Of a stretch of 64,000 nt of DNA, positions 30,301-40,900 are shown piece after piece; the first letter of the stretch is position 1, and every line of letters begins with the position of its first letter. Position numbers and translations under genes: made by a program. The stretch is from Bacteroidia bacterium (GTDB taxonomy: Bacteria; Bacteroidota; Bacteroidia; NS11-12g; UBA9320). Where the stretch lies: positions 96,001 to 160,000 of the forward strand of contig CBDCFW010000001.1 of the NCBI GenBank assembly GCA_965216465.1, read 5' to 3'. The notes under the pieces were generated by a model that saw nothing but the letters and a program-made list of their open reading frames with translations, searched no databases and was not told the origin of the DNA.

Positions 30301-30735
30301 TTGGGTTGTTACCAATTGAGAATCGATGATTCGGATGGTGATGGAATTAGCTTCTGGGCAAACAACGACGGTTCTGGTTTCTTTAGAATTGTAGAAGTTG
30401 GCGGCTCAACGCTTAAAGTACTGAACGGTGATTTCGGAAGCAGCTCTACAGTAAACTTCACCATTACCCATAAGTTAGATGTTCCAGAGCGTGTAATCGA
30501 CTACGGATACAACTGCTATCCTAATCCAGCAAAAGACCAGCTTGTTATTGAAGGCCATGATTTGATGAATACAAACATGAGCTTAATTAACAGCATAGGA
30601 CAAGAAATAGAAGTTCCTTCAATTAACGGAGATACTGAAATTATTTTAAACATCAGCAACCAACCTACTGGCGTTTACTTTGTTAGACTAGAGAAAGATG
30701 GAGTTGTTTGGACATCAAAAGTGATCATCCAATAA
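27337..30735 (+). CDS. T9SS cargo: peptide-N-glycosidase F-like protein with inserted LamG domain
   Basis: CGEWDY, SFVTPYG..FDVSDF.PLL.G, TGHG..GEF, RAGWCPG; LamG motifs DGKWHHVA and GNMDEVRLW; YPNPA CTD. Start at ATG 27337. Confidence 0.8.
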   Translation: MSKLKHLLIVLLAGFSLNLQAQDTVVVNTLNYGSTTRDTIIEFPSGNDTYEKIIMLYNMRCKDNLVSDGNNRNRGCGEWDYSCNTYITDSAKIDSLKATTADYQISQFSGSTFTYSNTPSYNIHRKMNVTTTVDSSKNAAVSGVGTFAGSYLEILSLNSDLSVGKSQFLYSAYELKQAGLTAGNINSLYMQSFVGGYDIGHVSIKLKTTTADSLGLGELEFTGFQEVFSQNVWLNIDTNKFDFYQPFMWDGTSNLIVEISYQGVYKGLAPVLFRSDYQDTVKTVQTLSGRSIVMDGSTYVSVNGYKGISGNASRSIDAWIKTSSVNGEICSWGKNSAGQKWVFRVNDNGTIRVEVNGGNIYGTTNVADGKWHHVACVFDGTHVNDIKLFVDGDEESIGATANHVVNTVDEIDVRLSRGVNNRYFNGNMDEVRLWSRALTNAEIKKLSQGNTLDNDDIEFHYHFEEIENTNTVNSFFVNRPATIIGNAKLEQQRFYALNHDFSEQVLRPVVSFVSGDFFITNDTTYSFDSIVQPPNSVVKFEVESQANTIYSDNIVPLDTQYVWNSSNMTTFFDESGNQYDQVGLGNDGSIDIASLTYMRRWPSTFEIMSFVTPYGIGLNLGIDGKTWTFDVSDFAPLLKGKKRMYLSRGGQWQEEMDIKFLFIKGTPTREVLDIRQIWPTAQVTANYTQLISNDVYFPPVSYPTLANGKGFKVRSAITGHGQEGEFIPRNHFITVSDTTYNRTVWKDCGENPIYPQGGTWIYDRAGWCPGMATDVAEYDITKRVTPGEGIDLDYGVTDGSGNSRYIVNNQIVTYGDYNFEVDADLVDIMEPSNKVEYARLNPMCINPKAHVRNNGSALMTSITIDYWVNDKSNKRTFTWPCHLRPGEIETVYFPIDNSVWSTAVQDNSVFSAEITAVNGGADEYAQNNVYHSPFEFPDVYPGNIYLFYRTNNAAHETSLKLVDEWGKTVFERTNHANSTLYRDTLSLGLGCYQLRIDDSDGDGISFWANNDGSGFFRIVEVGGSTLKVLNGDFGSSSTVNFTITHKLDVPERVIDYGYNCYPNPAKDQLVIEGHDLMNTNMSLINSIGQEIEVPSINGDTEIILNISNQPTGVYFVRLEKDGVVWTSKVIIQ

Positions 30736-30768
30736 ACCTATCTGAAATATTACCTTTGCACCAATTTT

Positions 30769-31974
30769 ATGAGCGAATTTAAATTGAATACCATTGAAGA
30801 GGCCATTGAAGAAATTCAAAATGGTAAAATGGTTATCGTGGTTGACGATGAAGACCGTGAAAATGAAGGAGACTTCCTAACGGCTGCCAGAAATGTAACC
30901 ACCGAAATGGTCAACTTCATGGCCAAAGAAGGAAGAGGTTTAATTTGTGTTCCCTTAACTGAAGAACGTTGCGAAGAACTCGACCTTGAACTAATGGTTG
31001 GAAAAAATACGGCTCAGTACGAGACTCCATTCACTGTATCAGTTGACCTTATAGGTCATGGCACCAGTACTGGAATTTCGGCATACGATCGTGCTATGAC
31101 TATCCAAGCCTTGGTTGATCCAAAAACAGATCCAAAAGAGCTTGGTAAACCCGGTCACATCTTCCCGCTTAAAGCTAAAACAGCTGGTGTATTACGCCGC
31201 GCTGGACATACAGAAGCTGCAATCGACTTAGCACGTTTAGCTGGTTTTGAACCAGCAGGTTGTATCGTTGAAATCATGAACGAAGATGGTACCATGGCAC
31301 GTCTACCTGACTTGGTTAAGGTTGCGAACAAATTCGACATGAAGATTGTTTCAATTGCTGATTTAATAGAATTCAGATTGAAGCACGAAAGTTTAATTGA
31401 ACGCGAAATTGATGTTAAAATGCCTACAGACTTTGGCAACTTTGACCTCGTGGCATACAAACAAAAGTCTAACGGAATGGAGCACCTTGCTCTGGTAAAA
31501 GGCGAATGGGAAGCTGATGAAGCTGTTTTAGTTCGCGTTCACTCTAGCTGTGTTACTGGCGATATTTTTGGAAGCTGTAGATGCGACTGCGGAGAGCAAT
31601 TGCATAAAGCCATGGAAATGATCGAAAAAGAAGGCAAAGGTGTTATCGTATACATGAACCAAGAAGGACGAGGCATTGGCTTATTGAACAAGCTTAAAGC
31701 CTATAAACTTCAAGAAGGAGGAATGGATACGGTTGAAGCCAATATTGAGCTTGGTTTCAAAATGGATGAGCGTGACTATGGTGTTGGTGCTCAGATTCTT
31801 AGAGACCTTGGTGTCCACAAAATGAAATTAATGAGCAACAATCCGAAGAAGCGTAAAGGATTAATTGGCTATGGCCTTGAAGTGGTAGACAATGTACCGC
31901 TACAAGTTGAACCTAATCCACACAACTTTGGATACCTCAATACGAAGAAAGAGAAAATGGGTCACGAACTGTAG
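30769..31974 (+). CDS. ribBA: Bifunctional DHBP synthase / GTP cyclohydrolase II
   Basis: [41 protein letters not shown]. Confidence 0.97.
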   Translation: MSEFKLNTIEEAIEEIQNGKMVIVVDDEDRENEGDFLTAARNVTTEMVNFMAKEGRGLICVPLTEERCEELDLELMVGKNTAQYETPFTVSVDLIGHGTSTGISAYDRAMTIQALVDPKTDPKELGKPGHIFPLKAKTAGVLRRAGHTEAAIDLARLAGFEPAGCIVEIMNEDGTMARLPDLVKVANKFDMKIVSIADLIEFRLKHESLIEREIDVKMPTDFGNFDLVAYKQKSNGMEHLALVKGEWEADEAVLVRVHSSCVTGDIFGSCRCDCGEQLHKAMEMIEKEGKGVIVYMNQEGRGIGLLNKLKAYKLQEGGMDTVEANIELGFKMDERDYGVGAQILRDLGVHKMKLMSNNPKKRKGLIGYGLEVVDNVPLQVEPNPHNFGYLNTKKEKMGHEL

Positions 31975-31988
31975 ACCCTTCTTTTACC

Positions 31989-33908
31989 ATGCTTCATCTT
32001 AAAAACGTATCGTTCGAATTTGGAGGTAATTACCTTTTTAAGAACATCGATTGGTTTATAAAGCCGAGAGAACGAATTGGTCTTATTGGCAAAAATGGAG
32101 CTGGAAAATCCACCCTACTTAAGCTTATTATCGGAAAATATGAGCTTCGCGAAGGCTCAATTAATAAACAAGGTGGGCTAAGAATTGGCTACTTAAGTCA
32201 AGACATGATCAGCGAAGATGGCAATCAAACCATCTTAGAACATGCTAAACAAGCTTACAAACGCACACTTCAGATTCAACAAGAACTTGAAGAACTCTAT
32301 GTTAAAATGGAAACGGATCACAGCGAAGAGGTGATTCAAAAAATGGCTGACCTACAAGAAGAGTTTGATGCTCTTGACGGCTACAACATGGAGAATAAAA
32401 CCGCTGAAATTCTTGAAGGCTTAGGATTTAAAACCTCAGATCTAAGTCGTCCGATGAAAGAGTTTTCAGGAGGTTGGCGAATGCGGGTTGTTTTGGCTAA
32501 AATGCTTTTAGAACAACCAGATGTTATGCTCATGGATGAGCCTACAAACCACCTTGACCTGCCAAGTATTGAGTGGTTAGAAAGCTACCTAAGCAACTAC
32601 CCAGGAAGTGTAATCATTGTATCGCATGATAGAGAGTTCTTGAACAAGATGATTACAAAAACGGCTGAGGTTAGCAATCAAAAACTGTACCTATGGGATG
32701 GTAACTACGACTTCTTTCTCAAAGCAAAAGTAGAACGTGACGACCTCCTATCGCGTCAAGCTGAAAATCAAAAACAGTTTATAAAAGATCAAGAAAAGTT
32801 CATCAATCGATTTAAGGCCAAAGCATCCAAAGCAAAAGCCGTTCAAAGTCGAATGAAGATGTTAGACAAGATTGATCGCATTGAAGAAATTCAAGAAGAT
32901 AAATCGAACCTTAAAATCGACTTTAAGGTTGCTCGCCCAAGCGGTAAAGTGGTTATAAATCTTGAAGATATCAATCAGAACTTTGGCGAGAATCACTTAT
33001 TTAAAGGTGTAGATAGAGAAATTGTTCGCGGTGATAAAATCGCCTTAATTGGTGCCAACGGTACAGGTAAATCTACCTTTCTAAGGATAATTGCAGATCA
33101 CGAAGAGTTTACTGGAAAAAGAACCATTGGTCACAATGTAGATGAATCGTTCTACGCTCAACATCAGCTCGAAAGTTTGCATCTCGACAATGAAATTCTT
33201 GACGAGCTAAAATATGATGCACCTCACAAAACCGAAATGGAGTTAAGGAGCATGCTGGGATGTTTTCTTTTCACCGGTGATGATGTATTCAAAAAAATCA
33301 AGGTGTTATCTGGAGGAGAAAAAGCTCGGGTATCTTTAGCTAAAACATTGGTTTCAGAGGCTAATTTCCTGTTGTTGGATGAGCCTACAAACCATCTTGA
33401 TATAGATTCAATTGAAATTATAATTGAAGCACTAAGGCGGTACGAAGGAACATTGATATTTGTTTCGCACAACCGATATTTTATTGAGAAATTAGCGAAT
33501 AAGATTTGGTGGATCGAAGACCAAGATATCAAAGAATACCCAGGCACCTTCCACGAGTACCAATACAAGCTTGAACAGGCTAAAGCTAAAGCCCAAGCTA
33601 AGCCAGCTAAGACAAAACCGGAGGCTAAAGTCGAAAAGGTCGATTCAAAGAAGACCTGGAAGCAGAAAGATGAAAAAGAGCAATTGATGAAAAAGCTTCA
33701 AAAAAAGCTTGACGCTCTCGAACAAGAACTTGAATCGACAAAATCTAGGAAAAAGGAAATTGAAACCAAACTTGCCGATGTTTCTAATCTAAGCAATGAG
33801 CAAATCGAAGAATTAGGCAAAGATCACGGTGCGATTTCATCCAAACTTCAAGAGCTTGAAAGTCAATGTGACGATATCGTAGAAGACATGATTCTCCTAG
33901 AAGACTAG
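31989..33908 (+). CDS. ABC-F family ATPase with C-terminal coiled coil
   Basis: [25 protein letters not shown] twice, LSGGEK. Confidence 0.9.
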   Translation: MLHLKNVSFEFGGNYLFKNIDWFIKPRERIGLIGKNGAGKSTLLKLIIGKYELREGSINKQGGLRIGYLSQDMISEDGNQTILEHAKQAYKRTLQIQQELEELYVKMETDHSEEVIQKMADLQEEFDALDGYNMENKTAEILEGLGFKTSDLSRPMKEFSGGWRMRVVLAKMLLEQPDVMLMDEPTNHLDLPSIEWLESYLSNYPGSVIIVSHDREFLNKMITKTAEVSNQKLYLWDGNYDFFLKAKVERDDLLSRQAENQKQFIKDQEKFINRFKAKASKAKAVQSRMKMLDKIDRIEEIQEDKSNLKIDFKVARPSGKVVINLEDINQNFGENHLFKGVDREIVRGDKIALIGANGTGKSTFLRIIADHEEFTGKRTIGHNVDESFYAQHQLESLHLDNEILDELKYDAPHKTEMELRSMLGCFLFTGDDVFKKIKVLSGGEKARVSLAKTLVSEANFLLLDEPTNHLDIDSIEIIIEALRRYEGTLIFVSHNRYFIEKLANKIWWIEDQDIKEYPGTFHEYQYKLEQAKAKAQAKPAKTKPEAKVEKVDSKKTWKQKDEKEQLMKKLQKKLDALEQELESTKSRKKEIETKLADVSNLSNEQIEELGKDHGAISSKLQELESQCDDIVEDMILLED

Positions 33909-35959
33909 AAGTTTGCTCCTAAACGAATAGTTTGAAACACTCCTCTAAATGAGGTTCTCGGTGAATTCTCAATAATCTCGCCATCAGTTAACCATTCTTT
34001 CTTAGAAAGGTCAAAGTTTATACCACCATGATAACCCAAGGTTAGTTTACCAAGGTTAATATCAATTATTCCGCTAAGGTCAAAAACAAAAGCGGGATTG
34101 GTATAAACCACATTTTTAATGTTTCCTAAAAATCCTGTTCCAACATTTCCTTGATTTCCGTCTGACTCTTGTGTTGTTAGCTTAAGTTGGTGGTAACCCA
34201 GTGCCATCCCTGGCATAACATCAAGCCAATCCATTGATTTGGTCACATTATAGAAGGATGCATCTTTTATGTAGAATCCTGTTAAATCATATGAAGACCC
34301 GTTATTTAGCGACACATTTTGTCCTGAAAACCAACCAACGGAGAATCCCGTCATAAAACCATCAGCTCCACCTAGTCCACCAAATTCAAAACCTTCTAGT
34401 ATTCCATTAAACTCAGAACTTACTCCATCTAGATAGTCAGTAAATCTTGCGTTGAGGGAAGTAAGATCTACTTTGTGCTGTGTAAATCCAGTTACTAGTT
34501 TGAAGTTATCATCGTCATCAGCGGTGGAAATATACTCATTCAGATAGTCATAAACCTCGCCCTTCTGCGTATTGGTGTTTAAGAAAATAAACTTAAAATC
34601 TTTGCCGTATGCTTTGTTTAACACGCTGTCTGAAGCAATATCTAACAGCACAACGCTGTTCTCGGTGATATCGTCGAAAAACTTGTCAAACCGCTCCTCT
34701 AGTGAATCTCTATCAGGACCCGTGTTGCGATCATCTTCATATAGAATAGCAATTGACATTACCTGATCGGCAAATGCTCCACCTTCGGTATGCTCAATGC
34801 GGTCAGCTAAACTATTAAACTCGAACCATTCGCATGAGTTTGAGTTTTGTTTAGTAAGTGTTGTATGGCATCTTCCAAATTGTCCAAACCAATTGCCTGG
34901 GTGTTTCTTGTATTCATCTAAGAATCGATTGTGCATGTAATTCTCTCGGTAGATATACTCTTGAATTGCCCCTTCCGAATCATAGGTCATCCATTGTTTT
35001 CGAGCGAGATAGTTATCTACGATTATTAGCTTAAATTCTTCAAAGTTGTCACCTAGCAGTGCCTTATAGTGCTCTTCAAACTTTAAGAAATTGGCATGAA
35101 CCAAATCGATTGTCGCACCTGATTTAAATGTAAATCCATATCCTGAACCTCCTTCTTCATCTTGTTCATCAAGCTTAAAATCGTTGTAAGCTGCTAAACT
35201 TTTCAAACTTTGAACATGAAGATCAATTGAATCATGAGCTTCAAACTCTTCAGGAAGTAGATAAGCTAAAATTTTAGCTACTGGATAAACCCCACGTTCT
35301 ATATCAATAGCAGTAAAATACAGCTTCTCATCCTCTGGAAGACTATCATTGTATGCTTTTAAATCTTCAAGTGCATTGCTGTATTCAATGTATGCAAACT
35401 GATCTATGCTTGAAAAAAGAGTGGTATCTCCTGTTTTTAGGTACTCGTTTACAAGGAAGCCGTACGAATAACCATATTCAAACATTACGTTTCGAACACC
35501 CGCATTCTGATGCAGATACTTTATCATTTTAAGCCATAATCGAGCATTACTCTCGGTATAGGTATGGTTCTCTCCTGTAATGAATACTTGATATTCTCCT
35601 ACCACATCATCAAGCATAGAAAGGCCTTCAAATCCTTCTGAATACAATCCGATAGTGTCTTCCTCATCGAAATAAGTACGTTCATAATCGGGCTCATCGT
35701 AATCGTCCATAATAATCAGTTCATCCACTCCATCTGTAGTGTCAGCTTCTGATTCTTCTGATTCGCTAGCAGCCGCTTCTACCGCAGCCGCAGCAGCTTC
35801 AACTGCTTCTTCTACCGCTCTAACGGCTTCTTCAGCAGCTCTTTCGATCTCGGAAATAGGCACATCAGTGGTGTCAGTAGATAATGATGTTGTATCAGTC
35901 TGGGCGAAGGTGCCAACGCACCATCCCATCATAACAATAAGTGTAAGAAGTTTAGTCAT
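33905..35959 (-). CDS. Exported protein: erythromycin-esterase-like domain plus C-terminal beta-barrel
   Basis: ITGENH, VMFEYG, IDIE, RENYM, GQFGRCH; C-terminal amphipathic strands ending RLGANF. Confidence 0.55.
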   Translation of the reverse strand: MTKLLTLIVMMGWCVGTFAQTDTTSLSTDTTDVPISEIERAAEEAVRAVEEAVEAAAAAVEAAASESEESEADTTDGVDELIIMDDYDEPDYERTYFDEEDTIGLYSEGFEGLSMLDDVVGEYQVFITGENHTYTESNARLWLKMIKYLHQNAGVRNVMFEYGYSYGFLVNEYLKTGDTTLFSSIDQFAYIEYSNALEDLKAYNDSLPEDEKLYFTAIDIERGVYPVAKILAYLLPEEFEAHDSIDLHVQSLKSLAAYNDFKLDEQDEEGGSGYGFTFKSGATIDLVHANFLKFEEHYKALLGDNFEEFKLIIVDNYLARKQWMTYDSEGAIQEYIYRENYMHNRFLDEYKKHPGNWFGQFGRCHTTLTKQNSNSCEWFEFNSLADRIEHTEGGAFADQVMSIAILYEDDRNTGPDRDSLEERFDKFFDDITENSVVLLDIASDSVLNKAYGKDFKFIFLNTNTQKGEVYDYLNEYISTADDDDNFKLVTGFTQHKVDLTSLNARFTDYLDGVSSEFNGILEGFEFGGLGGADGFMTGFSVGWFSGQNVSLNNGSSYDLTGFYIKDASFYNVTKSMDWLDVMPGMALGYHQLKLTTQESDGNQGNVGTGFLGNIKNVVYTNPAFVFDLSGIIDINLGKLTLGYHGGINFDLSKKEWLTDGEIIENSPRTSFRGVFQTIRLGANF

Positions 35960-35966
35960 TTAAGTA

Positions 35967-38092
35967 TTATAAGTTATCAAAGAAGTAATTGCTCACCTTT
36001 TCATATAAGTGAACGCGATCAGGGCCAATTACATTGTGTTTGTGATGCGGATAAACAAAGTAATCCAGTTGAACTCCTTTTTTTATTGCCTCTTCAATGT
36101 ATTGTAAGCTGTGCTGCCAGAGCACCACATCATCTTGCCCCCCATGAATCATTAGAAGCTTACCTTCTAAATCATCGATGTAATTTTTCAAGTTTGTTTT
36201 AGCATAACCTTCTGGATTTTCTTGGGGAGTATCCATGTAACGCTCGGTGTACATTACCTCGTATAAGCTCCAATCAATAACTGGTCCACCAGCTACTCCT
36301 ACCTTAAATATCCCTGGATTTCTACTCATCATGCTAGTGGTCATAAACCCGCCATAGCTCCATCCGTGAATTCCTAGACGCTCTGCATCAACCCACGATT
36401 GTTTCTTCAACCATTCAACTCCCGTAATTTGATCTTCCATTTCCTTTTCACCGCAGTTTCTGAAGATCGCACTTTCAAAATCAAAACCACGATACGCAGA
36501 CCCTCTTCCATCGATGGTAAATACAGCATAACCGTTTTGCGCCATGTAATGGTACCACATGTTTGCTCCACCTAGCCAACGGTTAGTAACCATCTGAGCG
36601 TGAGGACCGTTGTATAAGTATACCACTACTGGATATTTCTTTTTAGGATCAAAATCAACCGGTTTAAAAAGTCTGTAATGAAGATCTTCACCGCCTTTAC
36701 CTTTTAAAACCCCAAGTTCTAAATCAGCAAGTTTATAATCCGCTAAAGGATTACTTACACTATGAAGCTCATCAATAACCGCTCCTTCAGCGTTAATCAT
36801 ATTCACCTTTCGTGGAACTGTGATTGAAGAATAATCGTCAATAAACATTGAACAATCAGAATTTGCTCTAATGCTATGATATCCAGGCTCTTGTGTTAAC
36901 CTTTTGGTCTTTCCATTTTTAACATTTACACAGTACAAGTGTCTTTCAGCTGGGCTTTCTTCAGTAGACGTGATAAAGATTTCTTCACCACTTTCTGAGA
37001 AGCCATGAAACTGAGTTACAACCCACTCACCAGAAGTCAATTGCTTTGCTTCACCCCCATCCAATGAGTGTAAATAAAGGTGATTATAACCGTCTTTTTC
37101 GCTCCACCAAATGAACTTAGAAGGATCTGACGCTAAGAACAGAGCAGGATGCTCAGGTTCTACATATTTATCGTGAGACTCTTCAATTAATGTGCGAACG
37201 TAATTTCCCGTAGTAGCATCGTACATGTTCAGTTTCATGTGATTCTGCTCACGGTTTAGGATGGCTATTAAAACGTGCTTACTGTCTGGAGTCCAAGAAA
37301 CATTTGTCAAAAATTGATCTTTCGGGCCTTCAGTTTTAATTGCAACAACCTTACCTACGTTGTTCATTACTTTTAGAATTACATGATGACTTTGAGCTCC
37401 AGCGGTTGGGTAACGAAGCATGTTAGCGGTTGCTGGAGTATCAGCCAACTTATAAAGCGGGTATTCTGTTACCATTGATTCATCCATGTAATAGTAGGCT
37501 AATTGCTGGCCATCTGGTGACCAGAACAAACCGTTTGTAATTCCAAATTCGTAGCGATGAACAGCTTGTCCCATCACAATTCCTTTCTTCATCTCTTCAC
37601 GGGTAAAAACCACATTTCCTATTCTTCCTTTAAATCCACGGTCTGTGGTTTTAACAAATCCTTGTTGCTTAGGAGCATGATTTAAGCCTCTCGAAGCTTT
37701 TGATTTATATAAAGGTCTAGCTTTTTAGACTTGTAATTGAATGCATAAAACATTTCGTTGGCATGAAACCTAAACTCTTCTGCATTTATCCAAGCTGCAG
37801 CTGGCATACTCGAAACATAATTTCCATCTGCTGTAGAGTTTTTAATGTCTGATAAGGTTACACGATCAACCTCACGCTGATCTACAGCGTTTTTAATAAC
37901 CAATTCCATCTGACCTGAGTCATTCTTTACCGACTGTGAGTAGAACTTACCATCTGGAATCCATTGCAATTGACTCAATCCTCTTGGGTAAAGATGATAT
38001 CCTGCAATAGCTTCATTTATCGTAAAGTTTTTATCTTGAGTAAATCCAAAAAATGTGGTTAAAACAAAGGTGAATAAGACAATTAATCGCAT
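35967..38092 (-). CDS. Dipeptidyl peptidase IV (S9B), split by a 1-nt frameshift near 37722-37726
   Basis: Signal peptide in 37682-38092; GWSYGG, DDVV and HNV catalytic motifs in 35967-37613. The downstream frame is open back to an A5 run, and one added A joins the two ORFs. Confidence 0.85.
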
Positions 38093-38218
38093 AAGGCAAA
38101 TATGTTACATTTTGTGTGGATTGAGCACATTAGATGATGAAATTGCAAATTAATTCTACTGACAAAAAATCAATTAAGTGCTTTACTATCAGGTTTTATA
38201 CTTTTATTCGCTCTGTTA

Positions 38219-39607
38219 ATGCTCAAAATTGCAAGAAATATTAAGTTTTGGCTGTGCCTATTCTTTGCTATGCGACTTGTGGGCATTACAAATCCTCCAT
38301 TAGAATCAGCTCACAATTGGCGTCAGACTTCTGGTTTAATGGTGGCTCGTGGATTTTTAGAAGTAGACAACAATATTTTCTACCCGCGGAAAGAAGACCA
38401 TAAAGGCACAACGGGAATTATCGGCTTTGAATTTCCGGTGCTCAATTACACCCACTACCTTATTTCAAAAGCATTTGGACACACCCATTGGTATTCTCGT
38501 TTGATCGTATTGCTAGTATCTACGCTAGGATTGTGGTTTTTTTATTTAATGCTTAAGAGGCTGTTTAATGAACCCATAGCTTTCACAACAACACTAATCA
38601 CAGCGGTCAGTATTTGGTTTATGTACAGTCGTAAAACGATGCCAGATGTTTACTCTGTTTCATTGGTGACCATGGGAGTGTATGCTGGACTCAATTTTCT
38701 GGATTCAAAAAAGTGGTGGCAATTGGCCCTGTTCTTTGTGCTTTCGACCTTAGGAGTCTTAGCCAAAATTCCGGCGGTATTGTTTTTGGGATGGATGATT
38801 ATTCCCGTTTTCAGTCATGGATTATTTAAAAAAGAAAGCTTGTTGCTTGTACTATTTGGAGGAATAGGCTTAGCCGCTGCTTACTGGTGGTACTTTGTTT
38901 GGAATGAGCATTTGGCCTACACCTATGGAATCTTTTACAACCGTGGATTTAGTTTTGAGGAAGGATGGAGTGCACTTTCTTCATCACCACTAAGAATATT
39001 TGAACTCTTATCGCATAGCACCTTACAGAGCTATGTTTTCTTTGCTTGCAGTTTAGCCGGATTGGTTTTCAGTATTTCAAAACGAAATTGGAAGATAATA
39101 CTGGCCACCTTGCCCATTGCAATCGGCTTTGGCATTTTTGCGCTGAAGGCTGGTGAAATCTTCCTTCATCACAGTTACTACATGGTACCGTTCGCCCCTG
39201 TTATGGCCTTGTTTGCCGGATACTTTTTATCGCAATTAAAATACAGAAAAGCAGTACCGGTTATCCTAGCCTTGGGAATAATAGAAGGAATAGCCAATCA
39301 GCAACACGACTTTTTTATTAAAGATAGCGAAAAGTATAAGCTCACGCTCGAACCTATTATGGACGAGGTTGTGCACCAAGATAGCTTAGTCGGCATAGCG
39401 TCGATGAACGAAAATCATCTGTTGATGTACCTCGCCCACCGCAAGGGCTGGATGATTATGAATCATGAAGTACTTGAAACGGAGGTGTTGTTAGATCACA
39501 AGCAACGTGGCTGTGATTATTTGATTCTTGACAAGCACATTCAGCAGCACAAGCCTTTGATGGAACAAGTGTATGAGGATGAGAACTTCGCTATTTTTAA
39601 GTTTTAG
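38219..39607 (+). CDS. ArnT/PMT-like glycosyltransferase (GT-C fold)
   Basis: HNWRQ, EFP..NY, YSRKTMPD; many TM segments. Confidence 0.75.
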   Translation: MLKIARNIKFWLCLFFAMRLVGITNPPLESAHNWRQTSGLMVARGFLEVDNNIFYPRKEDHKGTTGIIGFEFPVLNYTHYLISKAFGHTHWYSRLIVLLVSTLGLWFFYLMLKRLFNEPIAFTTTLITAVSIWFMYSRKTMPDVYSVSLVTMGVYAGLNFLDSKKWWQLALFFVLSTLGVLAKIPAVLFLGWMIIPVFSHGLFKKESLLLVLFGGIGLAAAYWWYFVWNEHLAYTYGIFYNRGFSFEEGWSALSSSPLRIFELLSHSTLQSYVFFACSLAGLVFSISKRNWKIILATLPIAIGFGIFALKAGEIFLHHSYYMVPFAPVMALFAGYFLSQLKYRKAVPVILALGIIEGIANQQHDFFIKDSEKYKLTLEPIMDEVVHQDSLVGIASMNENHLLMYLAHRKGWMIMNHEVLETEVLLDHKQRGCDYLILDKHIQQHKPLMEQVYEDENFAIFKF

Positions 39608-40037
39608 AGCGTTGTTTTATGCAATAGCCCAAAACTCCACCTACAATAAAAGTCGGAATGCCTCCAAACAGCAAAATCCAATATAAAGGTTTATAATAAT
39701 AATCACATACGGCATCAGAAAACTTGTAGTACTCATTAACACTGCTAAATCCTTCCTCTATAAAACCAATAGTTGACCCAAGGAGTATACCACAAATAAG
39801 AATTAGTACAGAGCCAATCTGCCCAACTAGAATTGGTGACCTCCTTCTAATGTTGATTAAATAGTTCATTCTTCTAGAGGCAAAAAATCCAATAACAAAT
39901 AGTGCTCCAATTCCAACTCCTAAATTCAAAGGGTAATCGCTAAGCATATCAAGAACATCTCTTCCTCCGAGAAACAATATTGCAATTGTTAGGCAAAGGG
40001 TTATTGCTAGAAAGGTTTTAATCTGAAAATGTTTCAT
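39597..40037 (-). CDS. Hypothetical membrane protein
   Basis: 146 aa; about 4 hydrophobic segments. Confidence 0.6.
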   Translation of the reverse strand: MKHFQIKTFLAITLCLTIAILFLGGRDVLDMLSDYPLNLGVGIGALFVIGFFASRRMNYLINIRRRSPILVGQIGSVLILICGILLGSTIGFIEEGFSSVNEYYKFSDAVCDYYYKPLYWILLFGGIPTFIVGGVLGYCIKQRSKT

Positions 40038-40038
40038 A

Positions 40039-40467
40039 TCATTCTAAATCTAAAAAGCTGTGGTCTTTTAACTGGTCTGGGTGAAGGTCAGTGAACGTTA
40101 CATGCCAGTAGTACAACGCCAACAAGGCCAGGGGCACTACTGCAACAAAGCGATACAGAAAATCACCGTCCCAATCGTATTGAATAAAATCATTGAAGTA
40201 AAATACGGCCATCCATCCTAATGCGATAATGCAGCCTGCTTTAAGGTGAGGCAAAAGTTCTGATGCTTTGCCGTGCCGTAAAAAATGTATAAACGATGAG
40301 AAAATGTGGGTTAAACTCATCCAAAAACCTACGGCGTAGTAGAATACTTCATAGCCTTCATTCCAATTAACTTTAATCAGAAAGCCAAATAAGGTGTTGA
40401 ATGCAAACAGTAGAATCCAAAACCATTGTAAGTAATAATTAATCTTGCGTCCCATATTATATTCCAT
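40039..40467 (-). CDS. Hypothetical membrane protein
   Basis: About 4 TM segments; ends HSFLDLE. Confidence 0.6.
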   Translation of the reverse strand: MEYNMGRKINYYLQWFWILLFAFNTLFGFLIKVNWNEGYEVFYYAVGFWMSLTHIFSSFIHFLRHGKASELLPHLKAGCIIALGWMAVFYFNDFIQYDWDGDFLYRFVAVVPLALLALYYWHVTFTDLHPDQLKDHSFLDLE

Positions 40468-40900
40468 TAGTTCTTATTAATTTCATAAGCACTGCCCCGG
40501 CAATAATTACCACACCACAAACAATGTTAAGTGCCGACCAAAATGAGCGTTTAAACCTCATTTTATCTAACTTCTGGTTGGGTAGTGCTAGCAAAAATGT
40601 TATCGAGAATAAGCCAAATGCACCGAGCATCTTGAGGGCAAAAGCAGCCAAGTATGCCGATTGATTTTCAACACTTGGATAGATGTCGAACCATTGATAC
40701 AATCCGGTTACCGTAACAGCAATTACTCCGCTCCATTTGATGATCGAAAAACGTCCAATCATCTTGCTGAGGTACACTTCTCGGTCATGTGCTGAGATAT
40801 ATTGTAAGTTTGGCAAGAGCACCATTCGAGAGTAAAACAGTCCACCCAATGAAGTGCAAGTTGCTGCAATGTGCACGATATGACTTATTATGCTCATCAT
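40457..40900 (-). CDS. Four-helix membrane protein (CopD/DUF4149-like)
   Basis: HIVHIAA..GG..YSRMVLLP, TGLYQ, LKM pattern. Confidence 0.55.
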   Translation of the reverse strand: MMSIISHIVHIAATCTSLGGLFYSRMVLLPNLQYISAHDREVYLSKMIGRFSIIKWSGVIAVTVTGLYQWFDIYPSVENQSAYLAAFALKMLGAFGLFSITFLLALPNQKLDKMRFKRSFWSALNIVCGVVIIAGAVLMKLIRTNGI

